IMG/VR virus record: IMGVR_UViG_3300022179_000884
Coordinates: 1-36,302 of that record
DNA length: 36,302 bases
Direction: 5' to 3' (one strand)
Source of the DNA: a virus
Taxonomy: Duplodnaviria > Caudoviricetes
Under the pieces are notes generated by a model, which saw nothing but the letters and a program-made list of their open reading frames with translations, was not told the origin of the DNA and searched no databases. How positions within the stretch are numbered: position 1 is the first letter of the stretch; each line of letters starts with the position of its first letter. Position numbers and translations under genes: made by a program. Below are positions 8,990 to 19,110 of the stretch, piece by piece.

Positions 8990-9787
8990 ATGCAAAAAAC
9001 TACCACACCTACCCAGGATCCCTGGGAACAAGGCACTGACACTACTGCTGAAGTAGCCGCATCAGAAACGCCTAAAAAGAAACCCGCAAAAGAAACTCGA
9101 CCACAAGCACCAGCCGGACTCAGTGTTGGTGAATATGACCTTGAAGGTCTAATGAGTGACTTCCCTACAGCCACTGAACTAGAACGCTTTGTGTTTGATG
9201 AAACAGGCATTGTGTTGAACCTCAAAGGTCGTGCCAACAAACTCAAATATCAAGTGGCCATGGACGCACTAAATGGTGCAGAAATTGATTCAAAATTCAT
9301 CGGCAGTGATAACCCCTACATTGACAAAGGCGATCTAGTGCCAGTGGATCCCGTCAAAGAGCCTCCTGCTCGAGACAAGAATCTACCAGAACACACACAA
9401 ACACAAAACTTGTTTGTCTGCAATGTAGTGCCGCATCCTAACTTTGAAATGCGTAGCCAAGACAAGAAAGTAAGTTGCATCTTCCGCAAATACAAAAATG
9501 GTGCAATCTCCTATGAAGTATTGGGTCCTATTGAACCACTACCTTGGGGCGAAAAGATTGACAAGTATGGTCGTAGCAGACCCGAAGTGATCAAGATGAT
9601 TGACCCACGCACAGGTGAGCAAGTGGCTGTGCGCGAAGATGGCACACTGACTCCACAGGGCAAACGACTACGAGCCATGATGCAGAGTTTTAGAGTCAAC
9701 AACAGCAACCAATGGGACACATGGATTGACCGTGAGTTCGTAAGTCTTGATGACACAGTCAAGAACAATCCTTGGGACCTAAACTGA
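8990..9787 (+). CDS. Hypothetical protein
   Basis: AAAGGA RBS, 265 aa, no family recognised. Confidence 0.8.
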   Translation: MQKTTTPTQDPWEQGTDTTAEVAASETPKKKPAKETRPQAPAGLSVGEYDLEGLMSDFPTATELERFVFDETGIVLNLKGRANKLKYQVAMDALNGAEIDSKFIGSDNPYIDKGDLVPVDPVKEPPARDKNLPEHTQTQNLFVCNVVPHPNFEMRSQDKKVSCIFRKYKNGAISYEVLGPIEPLPWGEKIDKYGRSRPEVIKMIDPRTGEQVAVREDGTLTPQGKRLRAMMQSFRVNNSNQWDTWIDREFVSLDDTVKNNPWDLN

Positions 9788-9789
9788 TC

Positions 9790-10098
9790 ATGGATGAACA
9801 TATCTCAGCCATAGTCAATCAGGCACAACAAGAACGCATGGCTAGAGATACCAAGATCATGCAAAAAGTAAATCAGGCCAATAGGGAAGCGTTTACACAA
9901 CGCTTTCCTGGCCAAATTCAACATTGTATGCGCTTGGTAGCAGAACGCCTGCAGGCTGTGTTGACTCGCAAGCCTGCTGATCTCACAGATCCAGAAACTT
10001 GGACTGCCACAGCACAAGAGATTCGAGAACTTACCGAGGCTTTGCATTACCTTAGCCTATTGAATCGTGCATACCCATTGGAGAATGCTAATGTATAA
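9790..10098 (+). CDS. Hypothetical helical protein
   Basis: ATG 2 nt after the previous stop. Confidence 0.7.
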   Translation: MDEHISAIVNQAQQERMARDTKIMQKVNQANREAFTQRFPGQIQHCMRLVAERLQAVLTRKPADLTDPETWTATAQEIRELTEALHYLSLLNRAYPLENANV

Positions 10099-10279
10099 CC
10101 TAACACACAACGAAGATTCTAGTTTAGATATCACACACAAATGGTATGGTGGACTTTGCTTTATCAAATTTCGCAAAGGCCATGATGAACTAGGCGTCAG
10201 CACTTTTGAATTTGCCTTAGATGCTGATGAAATTGAAGACTTTGCCAATTATCTACGATATACGCTAAAGGATCAATAA
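10091..10279 (+). CDS. Hypothetical protein
   Basis: GGAG RBS before ATG 10091, ends 1 nt before terL. Confidence 0.65.
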   Translation: MYNLTHNEDSSLDITHKWYGGLCFIKFRKGHDELGVSTFEFALDADEIEDFANYLRYTLKDQ

Positions 10280-10280
10280 C

Positions 10281-11894
10281 ATGATAGGCACCGATGTCCT
10301 TATGGCTCGTGCCTTGCGTTATGTTTTAGATCAAAACCAAGTAGCACCAGAAACATACCGACGCTGGCCAAGTAATTTGCAGAACCAAATGCAAGATTTG
10401 GTTATGACTATTGCTGATGACATGCAGTATGATCAACTCAAATACTTTAGGCCCTTTGAACATCAGCGTGAATTCTTTCAAACTGGTGCCTGTGACCGTC
10501 GTGGTATTCTTGCTGCCAACCGAGTAGGCAAAACCACAAGCACTTGTTTTGAAACTGCCATGCACCTAACAGGACAGTATCCTGAATGGTGGACGGGTTA
10601 TAGATTTTCAGGACCTATTACCTGCATGGTTGCTGGTGAAGGTTGGAGCCAGGTTGCCTTAGTGTTGCAAAATGAATTGTTGGGCACACCTGATGTCAAA
10701 CTCATAGAACAAATTGGCACAGGTGCAATACCTAAGAACTGCATTGTTGTAGATACCATGCGTAATGATGGTGCCAACTGTATTGGTGTAGAAATACGAC
10801 ATGTCAGTGGTGCCAACAGTTATCTCCTATTTGCCAACTACACGCAGGAAGTGCGTCAGATGCAAGGTTTTCGTTTGGATTTAGCAGTTTTTGACGAGCA
10901 GCCGCCCGACGACTTCTTCTCAGAAATTGTTACACGAACTGCTACCACACAAGGTAAAGTGTTGTGCTCATTTACACCACTCAAAGGTTTGAACGGTCTA
11001 GTATCAAAGTTCTGGAACAAAGAAGAAGGCTATGAGTTTATTCGTGTAAGTTGGGATGATGTGCCTGAGTATGATCCCTGGGGACAGCCATTCTTGCTTA
11101 TGGAAACACGCCGACAACTAGAGCGTGATTACTTGCCACATGAACGAGAGGCTCGTATTGCTGGTAAGCCTGTTATGGGTAAAGGTGCTGTGTTCCAAAT
11201 TTCTAATTGGCCTACCTACAACACTGGTGACATTGACTTCTTCCGCATGCCTAACATTCTGCGTGTGATTGCACTTGACTTGGGTTTGGTCAATGACAAA
11301 ACTGTTATAAGTCTAATGTATTGGGAACCCTATGAAAGAGTGGCGTATCTACACAAACAAATTGTGGTGCAGGGCATTGAAGAGGCTGTGCCCAGCCAGT
11401 ATATCAATCACTTACTTCGCCCTGAAGTGTTTGGCACTCCTATTGTGCTACCTCCTGACGCAAGCACTCCTGGCCGATACACCATGAGCGCCAACTCAAT
11501 TCGTGAATTGTTTGAAAGTTATGAACTCAATGTGTATCACAAGCCTATTATGAATCCACCTGATTCAGAAGGGCGCATTACCAACCACAAAAGTTATGGC
11601 ATCAATCAAATGCGTCAAATGCTTGAAGTTGGTAGCCTAATGGTCAATAGCAACTGCACACAGTTTCTAAACGAAGCACAAAATTACTATGTTGATGAGC
11701 AAGGCAGATTTTCAGATCCAGATGACTGTATTGATAGTGCCCGCTATGCTATCTTGGCTTGCCTACAAGGCATTGCTGAACCTTGGGATAATAGAACTCC
11801 GGCCGAACGCATGCGAGCCCAAAGAGATAGATATGTAAAACCCCGAGAAGAAATGAATAAACCACAATGGAAGAAAACACACAACCCAGCCTAG
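10281..11894 (+). CDS. terL: Terminase large subunit
   Basis: Walker A AANRVGKT, Walker B AVFDEQPP, coupling motif SFTPLKG, RNase H-like nuclease ALDLG and DDCIDSARY. Confidence 0.95.
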   Translation: MIGTDVLMARALRYVLDQNQVAPETYRRWPSNLQNQMQDLVMTIADDMQYDQLKYFRPFEHQREFFQTGACDRRGILAANRVGKTTSTCFETAMHLTGQYPEWWTGYRFSGPITCMVAGEGWSQVALVLQNELLGTPDVKLIEQIGTGAIPKNCIVVDTMRNDGANCIGVEIRHVSGANSYLLFANYTQEVRQMQGFRLDLAVFDEQPPDDFFSEIVTRTATTQGKVLCSFTPLKGLNGLVSKFWNKEEGYEFIRVSWDDVPEYDPWGQPFLLMETRRQLERDYLPHEREARIAGKPVMGKGAVFQISNWPTYNTGDIDFFRMPNILRVIALDLGLVNDKTVISLMYWEPYERVAYLHKQIVVQGIEEAVPSQYINHLLRPEVFGTPIVLPPDASTPGRYTMSANSIRELFESYELNVYHKPIMNPPDSEGRITNHKSYGINQMRQMLEVGSLMVNSNCTQFLNEAQNYYVDEQGRFSDPDDCIDSARYAILACLQGIAEPWDNRTPAERMRAQRDRYVKPREEMNKPQWKKTHNPA

Positions 11895-12130
11895 CCACTA
11901 ACCTAATCATAGTAGGCGAGGGCGCCGCACCTATATTGTTATGCCCTCGCCATACAGATGCTATGGTTACTATGCTAAAAACAGCAGATGTGCCTTTTGC
12001 CTGCTATGGACTAGATTCTGCACCTGAAAATGCTGTTGCAGATAGTGCTTTGGAACCTGAAGATCACATGTGTCAAGCCTGCGATTTGAATGCTGAACTC
12101 AACCGTCCTAGGATCATCTTACCGGACTAA
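11867..12130 (+). CDS. Small hypothetical protein, possibly Zn-binding
   Basis: CPRH and CQAC motifs, sits between terL and portal. Confidence 0.6.
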   Translation: MEENTQPSLATNLIIVGEGAAPILLCPRHTDAMVTMLKTADVPFACYGLDSAPENAVADSALEPEDHMCQACDLNAELNRPRIILPD

Positions 12131-12133
12131 ATA
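12127..12133 (+). promoter_or_regulatory. Late promoter core CTAAATA
   Basis: GGACTAAATA upstream of the portal RBS (AAGGA). Confidence 0.7.
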
Positions 12134-12159
12134 ATCAATCACTTAGAAGGATCAACTTG

Positions 12160-14427
12160 ATGCTTGATATAAAACATATTCCAGTCCAAGACATAAATCA
12201 AAACATAAAGCAGAACGCTACTTTTGTCCGTATGAAGAATCAAATGGATGTAAAGATGGCCAGTTACCTGCGTTACTTGGGCACCAAAAATGCTGTGAAC
12301 AGAGCCACAGACTATCACTACCTTTGCTTGGCTGTTACAGATTCTACAGCACCTGTCAATGGTATTGACTATATTCACCCTAGCGTAAAACCAGTGGTAG
12401 ATTATGCTACCGCAGTTATTACCAAAGGCCTACTGCCCAGTGGTGAAATCAACTTTGAATTTGTAGCCGATGGTGCTGGTGATGAATCAGCGGCTAGACA
12501 AGCATCAAACATGGTCAGCAAAGTTGTGAACCAAATGAATGACCCACACTTTACACTAGAACGCTGGGTCATGGATGCATGTATGCACAAAAACGGCATG
12601 ATGATGATCAAGCCTATCCGTGAACAAATCACACGCTATGTAGAAATTGAAGGCACCAATGATCAACTCAAAGCATTTGAACTACAGGCAGCAGAATCAG
12701 GACTAACTGCGCTTCGTCAAAGCAAACGCCGTAGTCGTGTAGAGATGGATCGTGTTATGGCTGAGTCTACACAACTGTTGGGTCAGATGCAAGCAGAACA
12801 AGCAGAGACAATGGTCAATCAACAAATTGAAAGTTTGCGCGGTTTGCCTGAAGATCAAGAATTTGTCATGCCTGAAACAGCGCAGGCAGCAGATGAAGAA
12901 TCTATCATCAATGAAAGCATTGCTAGAAATACAATTTACAAAGCCAAATACAAACTAACTGGCTACAACATCAACATTAGATTCCATCCTATTGCACAAC
13001 ACTATTGGATTTGCGATCCTACTGTGCCACAGATGCGTGACCAACCTTTCTGCGGCTACTATGATCCAATGACAATTCAAGAAGCCACAGAACTATATCC
13101 TGGCATCAGTGATAACCTAGAAGCATTTGAACAGTTTGCTGAATACAACATGAACGGTGCTTACCAAGCAGGTTCTGTGCTCAACAACTTGGCCATTCAC
13201 GCTAGAGACTCTGTGCCTGTTATGGGTATTCCTGTAAGTTCAGCCGCAAGTGCTGACCCAGACAGCCGTCAAGTGAGTATTGTCACAGTATGGAACAAGT
13301 ATGACATTGATGGTGATGGTGAACTAGAACTAGTAGAATTGATTTACAGTGGTTCCTACATTATCTCCGCAAGAGAAGTTGAATTCATTCCTGTGGCCAA
13401 CATGTGTCCAAAACCCTTGCCCGGCAATTTCTATGGCATGAGCATTGGCGAATCAGTTATCCCTATGCAAGAATACAACACATCAGCGGCTCGTGCTGAA
13501 ATTCAATTGGGCTTGCTGACTGCTACACCACGCATTGGTGTCAAACCAGATCGTGTTGACTTTGAAATGATGCAGGACGGCGAATCTGCGATCTTTATCT
13601 TAGACTCTAAGTTTGATCCACAAAAAGATGTGTATCCAATGCCACCTCCTTCAGGTAACCTACAGTTTCTGGAAGTTGCTATGAATCGTATTCAACAAGA
13701 TACCATGGCCATGATTGGTATGACCACTCCACAAGATGTGTTCAACCCAGAAGTTATGGCACCTGGCAACTCAGGCATCAAACTACAGATGGCCTTGAGT
13801 CCTAACCAAATTATTCAAGACAACACAGTTCGTAACGCTGCCGAAGGTCTCAAAGAAGCACTATACCTAGTATGGCGCACACTGATTCAATATGGCGATG
13901 ACTATGGTGTCAAGAAACTGGCACAAGAATATCACCCAGAAAAATTGCCTATGTTCTTAGACTATCAGGCTTGGGATGACATGAACTTTTGTGATCGCAA
14001 GCAAGTGCATATGGAACTTGCACTAGGCATGATGAGTGATGAAAACGCTATTGGTCGTTTGCAAATTATTCAAAAGTGCCAGCAAGAATTGTATCAAACA
14101 GTTCAACAGATGGCACAGGCTGGCACACTAAGCCCAGAGATCTACAAAAAGATCAAGAAGCCATTTGCTGATACCTTATATGTGTTGGGTGTCAAAGACT
14201 GTGATACCTACTTGCCAAGTGACAATGAAGTAGCACAAATGATTCAGCGTGCCGAAGAAGCAGCCAAGACTCGTGAACCTAGCCCAGATGACAAAGTCAA
14301 ATTGGCCAAGGCCAACTTGGATACTGTCAAGGCTCAGCAAATTGCTGCCGAGACAGAAGGTGTTGATGCTGAAAGTCAACTAGACTTTATGGCTGTAGCC
14401 GCAGGAGATCCCAAAGTCTACAGTTGA
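12160..14427 (+). CDS. Portal protein (P22-like, long)
   Basis: About 755 aa after terL, DIDGDGELEL and P..FYGMSI motifs, C-terminal Gln-rich barrel helix. Confidence 0.9.
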   Translation: MLDIKHIPVQDINQNIKQNATFVRMKNQMDVKMASYLRYLGTKNAVNRATDYHYLCLAVTDSTAPVNGIDYIHPSVKPVVDYATAVITKGLLPSGEINFEFVADGAGDESAARQASNMVSKVVNQMNDPHFTLERWVMDACMHKNGMMMIKPIREQITRYVEIEGTNDQLKAFELQAAESGLTALRQSKRRSRVEMDRVMAESTQLLGQMQAEQAETMVNQQIESLRGLPEDQEFVMPETAQAADEESIINESIARNTIYKAKYKLTGYNINIRFHPIAQHYWICDPTVPQMRDQPFCGYYDPMTIQEATELYPGISDNLEAFEQFAEYNMNGAYQAGSVLNNLAIHARDSVPVMGIPVSSAASADPDSRQVSIVTVWNKYDIDGDGELELVELIYSGSYIISAREVEFIPVANMCPKPLPGNFYGMSIGESVIPMQEYNTSAARAEIQLGLLTATPRIGVKPDRVDFEMMQDGESAIFILDSKFDPQKDVYPMPPPSGNLQFLEVAMNRIQQDTMAMIGMTTPQDVFNPEVMAPGNSGIKLQMALSPNQIIQDNTVRNAAEGLKEALYLVWRTLIQYGDDYGVKKLAQEYHPEKLPMFLDYQAWDDMNFCDRKQVHMELALGMMSDENAIGRLQIIQKCQQELYQTVQQMAQAGTLSPEIYKKIKKPFADTLYVLGVKDCDTYLPSDNEVAQMIQRAEEAAKTREPSPDDKVKLAKANLDTVKAQQIAAETEGVDAESQLDFMAVAAGDPKVYS

Positions 14428-14447
14428 TATAACCTAAAGGAAATGCA

Positions 14448-14792
14448 ATGATTGATCAAGAAGTAGTAGAAGCCTACAACCGTAGGCTTACCATAGATAC
14501 CAGCAACATAAAGAACCTTACTCCTGCTCAGCGTGATGCTGTCAAGCAGTATGGTTCTTTGGCTGAAAATTTAGTAGCCAATAGAGACCTAGCCATGTTT
14601 GTGCATCATTTTAGATTTGAAGTAAATGATGCCTTGGTCAACATCACTGGGCACAGCGCAGAAGCCAATTCTGAGCGTGTAGCACTGGCCAATCAATTAT
14701 CAGGCCTTGACGCTTTTGTCAACAGCCTCAAAAGAGCAGTTTACAAGAAAAACAAAATCTTGTCTGCTGAAAAGAATTTAGACTCCATTTGA
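14448..14792 (+). CDS. Hypothetical helical protein between portal and scaffold
   Basis: AAAGGA RBS, position typical of podovirus head modules. Confidence 0.75.
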   Translation: MIDQEVVEAYNRRLTIDTSNIKNLTPAQRDAVKQYGSLAENLVANRDLAMFVHHFRFEVNDALVNITGHSAEANSERVALANQLSGLDAFVNSLKRAVYKKNKILSAEKNLDSI

Positions 14793-14804
14793 CAGATCAA
14801 ATGG

Positions 14805-14811
14805 CTAAATA
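14805..14811 (+). promoter_or_regulatory. Late promoter core CTAAATA
   Basis: Intergenic before scaffold/capsid, immediately preceded by the inverted repeat CCATTTGA/TCAAATGG (14785-14804). Confidence 0.7.
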
Positions 14812-14854
14812 AACTTACAAGGTAACCGTAACAGGCCCTGGAAAAGGTAAAAAT

Positions 14855-16021
14855 ATGACAGATACGATCACCCCTAATGCTCCGCAGAGCACGGGCACTG
14901 AATCACCCGCAGTTCCAAGTATGGATACTATTGCCGCTAAGATGACCGCAATGCGTGAACAAACATTGCGTAACCAAATTAGACAGCAACCAGAACAGAC
15001 CGCAACAGGTCAAGATGATGCGGCAGCAGAATCAAGCCCTGTGGCTGACAACTCACCAGTTGAGCCAGAAGTTGTTGACACCAACGACACAGAGATTGTA
15101 GACGGCAATCAAGAAGCAGATGCCCAGGAAACTGTAAGCACTGGTAGTAATGATTCCTCAGCAGAAGAACTTATTGACTTTATTGAGTTCGCAGAAACGA
15201 ACCCAAATGCCAAATTCAAATTTATGAAGAATGGCAAGGAAGTCATAATCGACGCTAAGAAAGCCGCCGCAATACTAGGTCAAGGATCAGCAATCCACGA
15301 AGAAGCCCGTCAATTGAAAATTGAAAAGGCTGAATTTGATGAGTATTTGAAGGATGTGCGTAGTCGCCAAGAAGGTTTGGCACTGGCAATGGAATTCACT
15401 ATACAGCCAAAGTTGCAAAAGGCCTATGATGAAATTGTGAAAACACAAGGTTATCAATCAACCTTTCAGCAACAGTTGAGTAAGACACAAGACCCTGCAC
15501 AGGTCGCTAGGATTCAGGCAAGTATGGCTCAAAACGAGCAATACATTCGCCAGCAACAACAGCAGATTGCCAAGTTGCGTCCAGCAGTAGACCAGTTCAG
15601 ACAAGTTCGTGCTCAACAGGTGTCAGAGCGTTTGGAATATTCACGCAAGAATTTCCAAGACAAAGAGTTGAAAAATGAATTTGTCTACAATGAAGTGCGT
15701 GATAAAATTGCAAAACTTTGGCCTGAGGCTCGTGGTGAAATTGTGCCAGGTGTTGCCAACATTGATCTTGTCAGCAGTGATGAACACTTGCTGAGTTTGA
15801 TCAGAGACGGATTGCGATACCGCGACAAGCCTACACCTAAATCAGCAGGTTCTAGCATGGCTCAATTGACTAGCCGCAAAGGTAGTTCTACACCTAACAA
15901 TCGAGGTGGTGATGACCTAAGCAAACTTCGTGAACAAGCCAATAAAGGCGACAAGAAAGCCGCCGACAACCTACTAGTGCAACGATTACAGAGTATTCGT
16001 GCAGGTAGGGGTTCAAGATAA
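14855..16021 (+). CDS. Capsid scaffolding protein
   Basis: Acidic disordered N-terminus, K.NGKEV motif, coiled coil, basic C-terminus, directly upstream of the capsid gene. Confidence 0.8.
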   Translation: MTDTITPNAPQSTGTESPAVPSMDTIAAKMTAMREQTLRNQIRQQPEQTATGQDDAAAESSPVADNSPVEPEVVDTNDTEIVDGNQEADAQETVSTGSNDSSAEELIDFIEFAETNPNAKFKFMKNGKEVIIDAKKAAAILGQGSAIHEEARQLKIEKAEFDEYLKDVRSRQEGLALAMEFTIQPKLQKAYDEIVKTQGYQSTFQQQLSKTQDPAQVARIQASMAQNEQYIRQQQQQIAKLRPAVDQFRQVRAQQVSERLEYSRKNFQDKELKNEFVYNEVRDKIAKLWPEARGEIVPGVANIDLVSSDEHLLSLIRDGLRYRDKPTPKSAGSSMAQLTSRKGSSTPNNRGGDDLSKLREQANKGDKKAADNLLVQRLQSIRAGRGSR

Positions 16022-16045
16022 ACCATTTACTAAAGGAATAATAAA

Positions 16046-17215
16046 ATGGCAGAAATTACAACCAGTCAGATTGGTAACGGCACAACCGCATATGGTTCAG
16101 ATATCGTTGTCAAAGACTTAGACCTAGATGTTTCCAACCGTGTCAAAGATGACACTCCTGTTCTAAACATGGCCATGAGCAAAAAGCGTAAGGTCAACAG
16201 CACACTACCATTGTGGACTGATGACATTTACCGTGCTCCAGCCGTTCAGGCACAACTTGAAGGTGCCGCAGTTTCTAGTGCAAATGCTGAAAGCAATCAG
16301 CGTTACAACCTAGGCAACTACACACAAATCTTCTCAACTGTTATTGCTTCCAGCGGAACTGCTCGTGCAGTTATGCAAGCGGGCGGTGATCCTCAGGCCT
16401 ATCAAGAGGTAAAGCAGTTGATCGAACTCATGTTCGATGTGGAACTACAATTAGTTCGTAACGACCAGATCGGCACAAAGTATGCTGGTCAAAGTGGTTC
16501 AGCCGCTGGTCTACCAGCAGGTCAAACTGGTCGTCGTATGGGCTCTTTGGCTTCGTTTGCAGGCACAATGAGTTTCAACACTACTTCAGGTTCTGTAAGT
16601 GGTTTGGATACATTCTTCAACAACGAAGACACTGACTCTGCAACACAGATCAGCAACGCATTGCGTATCTACGCTAACGGTTCTTACTACTACAACGGCA
16701 CATTTACTAACCAAGTGTTCAGTCCTGTGCTTTACAAGCAGTTGGTAACTGTTGCTGAACAGCGTTACAACGCCAAGATTCGCACTATGGTTGCTCCAAC
16801 ATCATTGAGAACTATCATCAGTGATAACATTGGTTCCAGCAACACCAGCATCAACCGTCGTAATGTTGAGCGTGGCGACACAATCCAGACTTACGAAGGT
16901 GACTTCAATTACACATACGAAATCTTTGATTCTTGGATCATGGATCAAGCAGGTGTAAGCAACAGCATTTACTTCTTGAACGAAGATGTTGTGCAGTGGG
17001 GTTCGTTGCGTGACCTAGGTCCTAACAACGAAGTATTCTCCAATGCTGACGCAAGTTTAGATCAGTTCTTGCTTGAAGGCACATTGATCGTGCGTAACCC
17101 AGCAGGTGTTGCGATGTTGAACAACATCACCAATACTGGTTCTCTAGTAACTACACCTCGTGCAAGTGCAACTGTAAGCCGTGTCAACTTTGGACCTGGC
17201 GATGTTACACCCTAA
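16046..17215 (+). CDS. Major capsid protein (HK97 fold, DUF5309/SU10-like)
   Basis: DTP.L.M, W.DD, NYTQIF, R.MG and EGTL.VRNP motifs, 389 aa, strong RBS, followed by a terminator. Confidence 0.9.
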   Translation: MAEITTSQIGNGTTAYGSDIVVKDLDLDVSNRVKDDTPVLNMAMSKKRKVNSTLPLWTDDIYRAPAVQAQLEGAAVSSANAESNQRYNLGNYTQIFSTVIASSGTARAVMQAGGDPQAYQEVKQLIELMFDVELQLVRNDQIGTKYAGQSGSAAGLPAGQTGRRMGSLASFAGTMSFNTTSGSVSGLDTFFNNEDTDSATQISNALRIYANGSYYYNGTFTNQVFSPVLYKQLVTVAEQRYNAKIRTMVAPTSLRTIISDNIGSSNTSINRRNVERGDTIQTYEGDFNYTYEIFDSWIMDQAGVSNSIYFLNEDVVQWGSLRDLGPNNEVFSNADASLDQFLLEGTLIVRNPAGVAMLNNITNTGSLVTTPRASATVSRVNFGPGDVTP

Positions 17216-17241
17216 TCCATAACTGGATATTAGCGTGTAAG

Positions 17242-17265
17242 GAAAGGGCTGGCAACAGCCCTTTC
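17242..17265 (+). terminator. Intrinsic terminator after the capsid gene
   Basis: GAAAGGGCTG-GCAA-CAGCCCTTTC hairpin with a GNRA loop. Confidence 0.8.
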
Positions 17266-17289
17266 TCATGACTGGGTCACAAATCAGGA

Positions 17290-17296
17290 CTAAATA
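17290..17296 (+). promoter_or_regulatory. Late promoter core CTAAATA
   Basis: Directly after the capsid terminator and 5 nt before ATG 17302. Confidence 0.75.
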
Positions 17297-17301
17297 CTTC
17301 C

Positions 17302-17886
17302 ATGAGCGATATCAATAACCCCGAGTATCTAGACAATACAGACCCAGAAAAAAACTGGGATTACTACCGCCAAGACCATGGTGGCGTAGTCACTGGCCAT
17401 AATGGCATAGCAGATCGCCTGTTGCAAAACAACGACCTTTATCGTAGCATGAAGGGCGATTGGACTAGGACTGACACCAACAAAAGCGGCAACATCATTA
17501 CCACAACTGGTCGTGAAGATGGCAAGTTCTACATCCGACGAGAACAGCAAAACACAGATGAAATCAAAATGCGTGTAAAGAACTACAGACACGCTGCCGA
17601 GCAAGGTGTTCCAGATCCTCTAGCACCTATTGGTGAAGATGGTAAATTGACTTATAAGTGGATGGAATTACCATATGTAATCAGCATCCGCATCAGTGAT
17701 CAATACTTTGATGGTATTCCTTGGAATGCACTCAAACACGACAGAACACTCAAGGCACAGTTCTACAGAGTAGTAGAACAAGAATACCCAGAATACATTT
17801 GCTATCCAGGTGGCAAATTACCTATTCCAGTATCGGTGCCTTACCCTACTAAAAAGGGTGAACAACGATATTTCAAAGGACACTAA
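17302..17886 (+). CDS. Hypothetical protein (head-tail region)
   Basis: 194 aa ORF between capsid and adaptor. Confidence 0.75.
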   Translation: MSDINNPEYLDNTDPEKNWDYYRQDHGGVVTGHNGIADRLLQNNDLYRSMKGDWTRTDTNKSGNIITTTGREDGKFYIRREQQNTDEIKMRVKNYRHAAEQGVPDPLAPIGEDGKLTYKWMELPYVISIRISDQYFDGIPWNALKHDRTLKAQFYRVVEQEYPEYICYPGGKLPIPVSVPYPTKKGEQRYFKGH

Positions 17887-17889
17887 TAA

Positions 17890-19098
17890 ATGTTTATACT
17901 ACCTGATGCTGATGCCTTAGTTGATTTTGTCAAAGACTTCACAGGCAGCACCAACGACACAGAAATCAAGCAATGTATCTTTATGGCAGAGATGTCAATG
18001 CGTAACATTGAACTGCCAGCACTTAGAAGTGACCCATATGCTATTGAAAACATTGGTGTTGCTGATGCTAATGGACACATTCCTATTCCGGGTGACATGA
18101 ACAAACCAATCTTGTTTTTCAAACAAGGTCAGCAGGTAGTAACCAATGCCACAGCCACAGGCACTAGCGGTCAAAACACAATTACACTAACCAGTGTTCC
18201 TGCACAACAAATTGCTACCAGCATGTTGGTCACAGGCACAGGCATTGGTGACAATGCACAAATTACCAATATTACAGGCAACGGCGGTATTGGTTCAGTA
18301 ATCACACTCAGTGTCAACAACACAGGCACAGTAAGTGGCACATTGACATTCTCAAGTTCAGGTCAAAACTCTAGCCAAACAGGTCCTTGGATCATTTACG
18401 ATCGTATTGGTGATAGAGACATTATCACACAAGGCATGATTGCACAGTTGTATCTACAGCCTGTGAATGTGCCCGCAGTTATTCGTGGTAAGTTCTCAGA
18501 AGTTGCTGACCACTATGAATTCTTGCCTTATGTGGCTGCTGGTGATCTAATCAACATGTATTACTACAAGGCCTGGCCACTGTTGTTCTCGCCTGTTGTA
18601 GACCAGTTTATTTCTGGCACGGGCACAGTAGGTTCTATTTCAGGCACAGGTCCTTGGACTGCTACAATCACAAACATGACATCCACAGACGGTCTTGTAG
18701 CCGGTGATGAAATTTATGCCACTGCTGGCACTGGATCACTGGGCACTGGTGGCACAGTAACAGTAACAGGCGTGCCCTCAGGCACCAGTATTACCATCAG
18801 CGTAACAGGTGGCACAACACCTACTGCTGGCACTATTACCAACATCTATCTAACAAATGTAATCACACAAACTAACCAAGTATTGGCATCATGGCCAGAA
18901 GGTTATGTTTATGGCACCCTGCGTGAATACTACATCAAACGCCATAACGAAGCAGATGCAGCCATTTACGATGCCAAATTCAAAGAAGCCTGGAATGTGG
19001 TCAATGATCAAAACAATCTAGGCAAATGGTCAGGAGGTCACACAAGATTGACTTCAGTATGGCAACCAAGACAATATCGCCAATACAACATCAAATAA
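17890..19098 (+). CDS. Head-tail adaptor-like protein with two inserted Thr/Gly-rich beta domains
   Basis: Adaptor-like core (FI.MAE..MR, YYKA.P.L, TN.VL..WP..Y.YG.L) interrupted by inserts at about 18130-18380 and 18600-18860. Confidence 0.7.
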   Translation: MFILPDADALVDFVKDFTGSTNDTEIKQCIFMAEMSMRNIELPALRSDPYAIENIGVADANGHIPIPGDMNKPILFFKQGQQVVTNATATGTSGQNTITLTSVPAQQIATSMLVTGTGIGDNAQITNITGNGGIGSVITLSVNNTGTVSGTLTFSSSGQNSSQTGPWIIYDRIGDRDIITQGMIAQLYLQPVNVPAVIRGKFSEVADHYEFLPYVAAGDLINMYYYKAWPLLFSPVVDQFISGTGTVGSISGTGPWTATITNMTSTDGLVAGDEIYATAGTGSLGTGGTVTVTGVPSGTSITISVTGGTTPTAGTITNIYLTNVITQTNQVLASWPEGYVYGTLREYYIKRHNEADAAIYDAKFKEAWNVVNDQNNLGKWSGGHTRLTSVWQPRQYRQYNIK

Positions 19099-19110
19099 GG
19101 ATCCGACAGA

